Part shown: piece by piece, positions 57,661 to 64,000 of the stretch
Numbering within the stretch: the stretch's first letter is position 1
How the letters are laid out: each line of letters opens with the position of its first letter
NCBI GenBank assembly: GCA_015068765.1
Contig: SVJY01000005.1
Coordinates: forward strand, 1,968 to 65,967
Length of the DNA stretch: 64,000 nucleotides
Direction: 5' to 3'
Origin: Oscillospiraceae bacterium
GTDB lineage: Bacteria; Bacillota; Clostridia; UMGS1883; UMGS1540
The notes under the pieces: generated by a model
Seen by the model: the letters and a program-made list of their open reading frames with translations, nothing else
Database searches by the model: none
What the model was told of the DNA's origin: nothing
Position numbers and translations under genes: made by a program

Positions 57661-60336
57661 TCATTCCGCCTTCCACGCAAGGATTCTGTCCATAATGACA
57701 GCCGCTTCCGCACGTGTCGTATTCCCGAGCGGCCCGATTGTGCCGTCGGTATACCCGGTTACAATTTCGGCCTTCACCATTGCCGCAACGTCCTCCCGGG
57801 CATACTCTGCAATTTTATCTTTATCTGAAAATGTCGGTTCTTCTCCTTCGGCAAGCTCTTTTACAAGACGCATACCGCGGGCACAGATAACCATCAAATC
57901 CTGCCGGGAAATTTCTGCCTCGGGATTATAATTTACGCCGTCCGTTCCCTTTAAAATGCCAAGGGCTTTTCCGATGGCAATTTCCTTTGCAAATTCGTGA
58001 TTTTCCGCTACATCCCCGAAAAGCTCGGTGCTGTCCGAAGTCAGTCCCAACGTGCGGACCAAGAAACCTGCAAATTCGGCACGGGTGATTTTATCAGCAG
58101 GTGCAAAAATGCCCTCTTCCTTTTCGTTCACAATTCCCTCTTTATAGAGGCTTTCTATTGCTTCCTGTGCCCAATCATATTCGTCAATGTCTGTAAAATG
58201 GGCGTTCATACCTTCGGAATGGTCAGGATTTTCATTCACGGCTTTAAAGTATTCCCAGAATGCATCCTTGGAAAGCGAGGCAAAATCCGCTTTTTGTGTC
58301 GGCACCACTTCTACAACGGATACGCCGTGCTTCGGCACCGTAACCTCCAGCATATTGGAGCTCTTCCGGAAGTCTTCCCCGTCATAGCCGTTTATATATG
58401 ACGCCTGGTAGCGGTCAATCGTTATGCTATCGTCAAAGCTTGTCAGCGGAATCTGGAAGGTTTTCTCTTCCTCTGTGCTCTGATTCATCACAATCATATA
58501 AAGCTTATTATCCTTTATGTAGCCGTGATACATCACGTCCTCGCCTACATAATGGGAAAAGCCGGGGTATTCCTTTATGGCAAAATGGCGGAACACATCG
58601 TCCCGTTCTTTTGCCGCAAAGCTTGTAATACCTTCATAGATATCGGTTTCTGTAACATCGGCAAGTCGTACTGCTTTTCCGTCTATCCGCATAGCATCAT
58701 CCCAGGCATAATATCCATGAGACGTAGCACCTGCCATATAGGCCTGATATATCATATGACGCTCTGCATCCGCATCCGGAAAATAATCAATGTGATGAAA
58801 GGCATGCAAAAGCTCAAATGTAGGTTTTATACCATTTGCTGCATCTACTGCAATTCGTGTTGTATCATATACGTGCGTCGTATCCATCTTTACGCCTGTC
58901 AGTCCCTTTGTTGCAGGAAGGTATGGGTCGTTTGCCACATAGTCACAAACCTTTTGGGTATCTTTTAAGAACTTATCTGTGAGTTCTACAATATACACAG
59001 GATGATTATCATCAATATCACGGATAAGCTTATACGCTTCTTTCAATTCAGGAAGGGGATCCGGCAGATTGAAATACGGTTCATCCGAAACCGCCCAACC
59101 AAATACGCGCGGATCGTCCTTATACTTTGTAACCATTTCAATGGTTTTTTCACGCATTTCGGGATGTGCTGCTGATTTTGGATGTTCGTACAAAACCATC
59201 AAAACCTTCATGCCGTTGTTGCCTGCCTTCTCAAGCTGTGACTCACCGCCCTGAATAACAGAAATCCCTGCCTTTTTGAGTTCCGTATAATCCTTTTCAC
59301 TGTATGGATGATAGACACCTACAACCTGAAAAGGTTCTTCTCCGGGCACTTGATACACGCCGTCTTCTCTGACATACTTTGGTCTTGGATACTTATAGAT
59401 CGTATCCTCTTTTGTATATATTTCTTTTCCTTCCTTATCCTTAAGTACCACCCTGAGTATGTACTCTTTTTTGAGTTCTGTAAGAAGTGTTGTATCATAC
59501 TCAAATACAGCTTCTCCGTTAGAATTCAAAACAGCTTCGTTTTGTTGCAATACATTATTCCCGTCCAAAAGCGAAAACGCCACGCTGCCACCTATAGCTT
59601 CCGGATAATACTCTGTCAGCGCCTTTACATCTACTGTCCCCTTTTCCGCATCCGGATAATAGAAATATTGGTCAGGACTGATTGAAAGCGCTTCCGGCAT
59701 CTGCACCATACGTATAGAGGCATCATCATAATAGCACACAGCACCGTTCTCATGCATAAGCCTTAAATAAATGGAAAGACTTTTCGCATTGATAGGAGCC
59801 TTGAAATTATAAAGTGCCTCCTGCCACTTTCCGTTTGTAGTGTTAATGACAAAGGTATTGACCTGCCATGCTATAGAAAGTCCCGGTGTAGCCTCTGGAT
59901 AGAATTCCAGCTTCACCGTCATAAAACCGCCTTCCACATCCTTACGAACCATGGTTCGGAGCTGATAAATCGCACCGGGTTTTGTTTCAAAGCTCTGTGA
60001 TATAAATGGATTTGCAGCAGGAGCCGCACCTGCCACGAGCTTTAGGGAATGTCCGTCATAGGCTTCCCTACCGGTAACGATGGATGCACCTACGCCGTTT
60101 TCGCCGTCATAAGCACGAGAGCTCCAGCCTACAGGCTTTCCGGATGCATCTATTTCTTCGAGGTTGCCGTTTTTCAGCAAATCTTCCGTTCCTTCTACAG
60201 CCGGAAGCCGCACATCCGTACTGCCCATTGGAATTTCGGCAGTTACCTCTTGTGCTTTATTTTCTGCTATACCCGGGACGCTGAAAACAGTAATCATCAT
60301 GCATGTGCAAATTAAAATTGAGAGTATTTTTTTCAT
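57661..60336 (-). CDS. Modular surface protein P3: signal peptide, 1 CBM4_9-like module, Ig-like linker, unassigned TIM-barrel-like domain (subtype 2), C-terminal triple SLH
   Basis: About 891 aa from MKKILSILICTCMM (the track start is 9 codons upstream at 60363). Central motifs DDPRVFGWAVSDEPYF, YVANDPYLPAT, KPTFELLHAF and AGATSHGYYAW. The SLH triplet is the last 178 aa (nt 57664-58197). Confidence 0.8.
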   Translation of the reverse strand: MKKILSILICTCMMITVFSVPGIAENKAQEVTAEIPMGSTDVRLPAVEGTEDLLKNGNLEEIDASGKPVGWSSRAYDGENGVGASIVTGREAYDGHSLKLVAGAAPAANPFISQSFETKPGAIYQLRTMVRKDVEGGFMTVKLEFYPEATPGLSIAWQVNTFVINTTNGKWQEALYNFKAPINAKSLSIYLRLMHENGAVCYYDDASIRMVQMPEALSISPDQYFYYPDAEKGTVDVKALTEYYPEAIGGSVAFSLLDGNNVLQQNEAVLNSNGEAVFEYDTTLLTELKKEYILRVVLKDKEGKEIYTKEDTIYKYPRPKYVREDGVYQVPGEEPFQVVGVYHPYSEKDYTELKKAGISVIQGGESQLEKAGNNGMKVLMVLYEHPKSAAHPEMREKTIEMVTKYKDDPRVFGWAVSDEPYFNLPDPLPELKEAYKLIRDIDDNHPVYIVELTDKFLKDTQKVCDYVANDPYLPATKGLTGVKMDTTHVYDTTRIAVDAANGIKPTFELLHAFHHIDYFPDADAERHMIYQAYMAGATSHGYYAWDDAMRIDGKAVRLADVTETDIYEGITSFAAKERDDVFRHFAIKEYPGFSHYVGEDVMYHGYIKDNKLYMIVMNQSTEEEKTFQIPLTSFDDSITIDRYQASYINGYDGEDFRKSSNMLEVTVPKHGVSVVEVVPTQKADFASLSKDAFWEYFKAVNENPDHSEGMNAHFTDIDEYDWAQEAIESLYKEGIVNEKEEGIFAPADKITRAEFAGFLVRTLGLTSDSTELFGDVAENHEFAKEIAIGKALGILKGTDGVNYNPEAEISRQDLMVICARGMRLVKELAEGEEPTFSDKDKIAEYAREDVAAMVKAEIVTGYTDGTIGPLGNTTRAEAAVIMDRILAWKAE

Positions 60337-60378
60337 ATATGCATTCCTTTCAAAGTGTTCCATATATTTATCGTTAAT

Positions 60379-63300
60379 TTAGGGGAAAGATATCGCTTTC
60401 GTCTGCGGGCATATACTGCTGATATCGTCCCATACAAACGCTTTATAAACGTATTCTCCTCCATCTGCGGGCTTGGCAAGTGCCGCTGATGCACGAAGCG
60501 GTGTTTCGCCCACTTCAGTTGGATTATCCTTCTTTTCTTCCAATGAATTTATGATGGCAACCATTTCAGCTGTATCCGTACCCGTTTCTATTTCATCGAG
60601 ATAAAAATTATTTTCTCCATATACTCTGTACCGCGCCAGAATAACAGTTAGTGTACGGTATTTATTTTCTGCACTGTAATCCGTCCCAAACGCTACGAGG
60701 TCAGCCTTCACTTCGTCGTCTGTTTCAGAAACCGTAAGCTTATCTTCTGCAATCCCGAAAGATATATTATCGATTTTCACGATATCGTCACCACTGGCAC
60801 AGCCAAAGAAAAACGAGTTATTGCTTGCATCAAGAGGATTTGTATAATACATGGAATAGTCTCTGCGCCATACGCTACCCGTAGACCCGATGGTTTTGCC
60901 CGGTGCCCATACAATCGGGGGTGCACTTGCACCAATGTATGCATATGTACTATACCTGTTTCCTACATAATCAAACTGTAAAACACCGCGACGGCCGCGA
61001 AGCTCAGGAGCGTTATTTATAGACAGATTATAGTAGATTTCTCTCGGTGTATCCTGAAATTTTTTTGCATGAATGCTTAAGTAATGATTCCCATCCGGCT
61101 CCATCATAACAGAGGCAATCTCTTCTTCGCCCCAGTTAAACGAGTTACCTTTGTAATACCATGCGCCTGCCGGCTTATAATCTCCTGCAAAGCCTTCAAG
61201 GTCACCATTTCTAACATAATCTGTTGTTACATATGCCGCAAAGTCATCTATCGCCACTTCCCCTACACCGGAAAAGGTGACACGGACGATAAAGTTCGCT
61301 TCCGCTGCATTCGTATAGCACAGCATCATTTTTCGCCATCCCATGGGCGTTCCATCACCATATGCCGTTTTTACGAACCAATCTGTGGACGCAAGAACGG
61401 TACTGCCGTTGGCAGATACCAGCTCCAGCTTAACGCCCGATCCGGTCGTGAGGCCGGTCAGGTTCATAAATGCGGTAATATCCAGCTTTCCTGCCGGGAG
61501 GGTTACGGGTTTTGATATCGTCACTGTGTCAGTAGAACGGCTACCGGAAAGCACCAGTGCCCCCGCACTACCGCCATGGGTTTTTGCCGGATCGGTTTCC
61601 TTTGAAAAAGAAGCCGTACCGCTTTTGGAAACCGCATAGCCATCCGGCTTGCCACCGGCAAAGATTTCCATTCCCGAATTCTCAACAAAATTCTCTTCGT
61701 CCTCCCCGGAGCATTTCATCTCGTTCACGGCTTTAAAATAGTTCCAGAATTTTTCTTTTGAAAGTATACTGAAATCTACCGTCTCCGCAGGGGTAATCTC
61801 CAAAAGGGCAACGCCGTGCTTCGGCACCGTGACCGTCACAGAACTCGTTGTTCCTGTAAAGTTTTCACCCTCTTTTCCGGAAACGTATGCCGCCTTGTAA
61901 CCTTTGAGAGATATACTGCCATCAAAGCTTGTAAGCGGAACGGTAATTTCTTTCTCCTCTGCCGTACTCTGATTCATAACAATCAAATACAGTTTACCGT
62001 CCTTTATATAACTGTGATACATTACATCCGCACCTACATAATGGGAAAAGCCGGGATATTCCTTCGTGACAAAATGGCGGAATACATCTTCCTGCTCTTT
62101 TTCCGCAAAAGCTCTGATACCTTCATAGATATTTGTTTCTGTAACATCGGGAAGCCTGATACTTATTCCGTCTACCTTCATGGCATCATCCCATGCATAA
62201 TATCCATGAGACGTAGCCCCTGCCATATAAGCCTGGTAAATCATGTGTCTTTCCGCATCCGCATCGGGCAGATAATCAATATGTTTGAAGGCGTGCAAAA
62301 GCTCGAGTGTTGGTTTTATTTCTTCTGCCGCCGCCATTGTAATACGCGTTGTGTCATACACATGGGATGTATTCATCTTAACGCCTTTCATCCCTTCCGT
62401 TGCAGGCAAGTAAGGGTCATTGGCAACATAATCACAAACCTTTTTTGTATCCTTCAAAAACTTGGATGTGCATTCCACAATATACACAGGATGATTATCA
62501 TCAATATCACGAATCAGTTTATAAGCCTCTTTTAGCTCCGGAAGCGGATCCGGCAAACTGAAATACGGCTCATCTGCAACCGCCCATCCGAAAACGCGTG
62601 GGTCATCCTTATATTTTGTAACCAATTCAATGGTTTTTGCACGCAAATCCGGATGTACGGCGGACTTAGATGGTTCATACAGCACCATAAGCACCTTCAT
62701 GCCCTTCTCGGCGGCACGGCTCAGCATCCCTTCGTTTCCTTGCAGTACGGTAATGCCGGCATTCTTAAGTTCTGCATAATCCTTTTCGTCATAAGGATGA
62801 TAGGCGGCTACTGCATGAAAGGGAGCTTCTTTGGGAGCTTGAAATACACCATCTTCTCTGATATACTTCGGGCGGGCATACTTATAGATCGTGTCTTCTT
62901 TTGTGTATAGTGCCTTTCCGTCTTTGTCTTTAAGCACCGCCCGAAGTATATACTCTTTTTTCAGTTCTGTAAGAAGTGTTGTGTCATATTCAAATGTAGC
63001 TTCACCGTTTTGATCCAATATACTTTCTCTTTGTTCCAGCACTTTATCTTCGGCCATCAGCGAAAACACTACACTTCCGCCTATAGCCTCCGGATAATAC
63101 TCCGTCAACGCTTTAACAGAAGCAGTTCCCTTCTCCGCCTCCGGATAATAGAAATATTGGTCGGGGCTGATTGAAAGCTCTTCAGCCGGCTGTACCATAC
63201 AGATGGAAGCGTTATCATAATAGCAAACTTCGCCATCCTCATTTAGGAGCCGAAAATAAACAGAAACACTTTTGGCATTTGTGGGTGCCTTGAAATTATA

Positions 63301-63810
63301 GAGCATTTCCTGCCACTTTCCGCTTGTAGTGGTAACGTTAAACGTATAGACCTGCCATGCCATGGATAAGCCCGGTAAAGCCTCGGGATAAAACTCCAGT
63401 TTCACCGTCATGCCGCTTCGTCCCGAATCCTTTCGAATCATGGTACGAAGCTGATAAACAGCGCCGGGGTTTGTCTCAAAGGTCTGTGAGATATACGGAT
63501 TTGCCGCAGGAGAGGCACCGCCCACAAGTTTTAGGGAATTTCCTTCGTAGGCTTTCTCGTCACTAATGATAAATGCACCTGATCCGTCCGTTCTTCCAAA
63601 AGCACTGCATCCCCATTTTTCAGGTCTTCCTGCTGCATCCAAATCTTCAAGATCTCCGTTTTTCAGGAGTTCTTCCGTTCCTTCCACCGCAGGAAGCTTA
63701 ATACTAGTGATGCCTAATGGAATCTCTTCCTTGCTTTCTGCCCTGCCGGGCATGATGAAAACAGGAACCAACATACATATGCAAATTAAAATTGAGAGCG
63801 TTCTTTTCAT
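60379..63810 (-). CDS. Modular secreted protein P4: same CBM plus subtype-2 TIM-barrel-like core as P3, but the SLH triplet is replaced by ~480 aa of additional CBM-like/beta-sandwich modules
   Basis: About 1143 aa from MKRTLSILICICML (the track start is at 63837). The core is highly similar to P3 at both aa and nt level. The C-terminal half has NG.LE.F-type jelly-roll patterns and ends ...YVYKAFVWDDISSICPQTKAISFP. Confidence 0.8.
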   Translation of the reverse strand: MKRTLSILICICMLVPVFIMPGRAESKEEIPLGITSIKLPAVEGTEELLKNGDLEDLDAAGRPEKWGCSAFGRTDGSGAFIISDEKAYEGNSLKLVGGASPAANPYISQTFETNPGAVYQLRTMIRKDSGRSGMTVKLEFYPEALPGLSMAWQVYTFNVTTTSGKWQEMLYNFKAPTNAKSVSVYFRLLNEDGEVCYYDNASICMVQPAEELSISPDQYFYYPEAEKGTASVKALTEYYPEAIGGSVVFSLMAEDKVLEQRESILDQNGEATFEYDTTLLTELKKEYILRAVLKDKDGKALYTKEDTIYKYARPKYIREDGVFQAPKEAPFHAVAAYHPYDEKDYAELKNAGITVLQGNEGMLSRAAEKGMKVLMVLYEPSKSAVHPDLRAKTIELVTKYKDDPRVFGWAVADEPYFSLPDPLPELKEAYKLIRDIDDNHPVYIVECTSKFLKDTKKVCDYVANDPYLPATEGMKGVKMNTSHVYDTTRITMAAAEEIKPTLELLHAFKHIDYLPDADAERHMIYQAYMAGATSHGYYAWDDAMKVDGISIRLPDVTETNIYEGIRAFAEKEQEDVFRHFVTKEYPGFSHYVGADVMYHSYIKDGKLYLIVMNQSTAEEKEITVPLTSFDGSISLKGYKAAYVSGKEGENFTGTTSSVTVTVPKHGVALLEITPAETVDFSILSKEKFWNYFKAVNEMKCSGEDEENFVENSGMEIFAGGKPDGYAVSKSGTASFSKETDPAKTHGGSAGALVLSGSRSTDTVTISKPVTLPAGKLDITAFMNLTGLTTGSGVKLELVSANGSTVLASTDWFVKTAYGDGTPMGWRKMMLCYTNAAEANFIVRVTFSGVGEVAIDDFAAYVTTDYVRNGDLEGFAGDYKPAGAWYYKGNSFNWGEEEIASVMMEPDGNHYLSIHAKKFQDTPREIYYNLSINNAPELRGRRGVLQFDYVGNRYSTYAYIGASAPPIVWAPGKTIGSTGSVWRRDYSMYYTNPLDASNNSFFFGCASGDDIVKIDNISFGIAEDKLTVSETDDEVKADLVAFGTDYSAENKYRTLTVILARYRVYGENNFYLDEIETGTDTAEMVAIINSLEEKKDNPTEVGETPLRASAALAKPADGGEYVYKAFVWDDISSICPQTKAISFP

Positions 63811-63870
63811 ATAAGCATTCCTTTTAAAGTATTTCATATAAAGTGCGCTTTGAAAATTATGCCCTCACTT

Positions 63871-64000
63871 TTAAGAAAGTGTTTCAGATGTAATCTGCGG
63901 GCTTAAGCTATTAATATAATCCCATGCAAATGCCTTGTATACATATTTCCCGTCATCTGCAGGCTTATCCAGGCTGGCAGTGGCACGAAGGGGTGTTTCA
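63871..64000 (-). CDS. C-terminal end of a further paralog (P5, P4-type tail); the gene runs off the right edge
   Basis: Reverse translation gives ...ETPLRATASLDKPADDGKYVYKAFAWDYINSLSPQITSETLS*, which aligns with the P4 C-terminus (ETPLRASAALAKPADGGEYVYKAFVWDDISSICPQ). Confidence 0.6.
   Translation of the reverse strand, partial: ETPLRATASLDKPADDGKYVYKAFAWDYINSLSPQITSETLS

Noticed and set aside
57555-57713. 53-aa basic N-terminal extension of the S2 ORF overlapping the P3 gene
   Set aside because: The extension is improbably basic and non-signal-like, overlaps the 3' end of P3 and has no RBS. A proper RBS and signal peptide begin at 57554.
60337-60363. Conserved 9-codon N-terminal extensions on P3 (MEHFERNAY) and P4 (MKYFKRNAY, 63811-63837)
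   Set aside because: The conservation coincides with the RBS region (GAAAGGAATGC / AAAAGGAATGC) of the downstream ATG, which starts a textbook MKK/MKR signal peptide. This is most likely conserved leader RNA and not coding sequence. The upstream ATG cannot be formally excluded.

Overview
This window looks like a Firmicutes/Clostridia-type chromosomal segment, judged from AGGAGG-type RBSs, SLH cell-wall anchors and rho-independent terminators. No rRNA, tRNA or CRISPR array was seen.

The first ~11.3 kb is mostly housekeeping and small-molecule genes:
- a CofE-like fragment and a LysR regulator
- an ASRT-like protein and an M24 peptidase
- an AraC/PocR regulator with a GHL6-like hydrolase
- azlCD, a TRIC-type channel and gdhA
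- a PHP phosphoesterase and a YmdB-like phosphoesterase

A 400-bp intergenic region (11.34-11.74 kb) holds a perfect 71-bp direct repeat with several strong hairpins.

From 11.7 kb to the right edge the window is one very large glycan-utilisation region.
- It contains cytoplasmic exo-glycosidases: GH2, GH20, GH38, GH51, a GH63/MGH1-like protein and two large unassigned GH-like proteins.
- These are interleaved with PHP and calcineurin-type phosphoesterases.
- There are sugar isomerases/epimerases: L-fucose-isomerase family, D-psicose/tagatose 3-epimerase-like, D-lyxose/mannose isomerase and a xylose-isomerase-like TIM protein.
- There are ROK and PfkB kinases, a DegT-type aminotransferase and a LacI regulator.

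The most unusual content is a set of very large secreted modular proteins:
- Five paralogs in two tandem arrays (37.4-44.7 kb and 57.7-64.0 kb) combine CBM4_9-like modules with a TIM-barrel-like domain I cannot assign to a family. They have either a C-terminal triple SLH anchor or extra CBM-like modules.
- Two ~975-aa paralogs have an N-terminal triple SLH and an unknown body.
- One 529-aa secreted protein consists of CBM-like modules only.

An identical 18-nt sequence containing a LacI-type palindrome sits over the -10 box of two promoters 22.5 kb apart (23.92 kb and 46.49 kb). This links a cytoplasmic sugar-processing operon to a surface-protein operon.

Mobile-element scars are present:
- a visibly AT-richer block (18.1-22.6 kb) ends in a Fic gene and an ORF fused in frame to an IS256-family transposase 3' fragment
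- a truncated serine-recombinase gene lies at 46.6-46.9 kb

All family assignments come from reading the translations and recalled motifs. No database search was possible.
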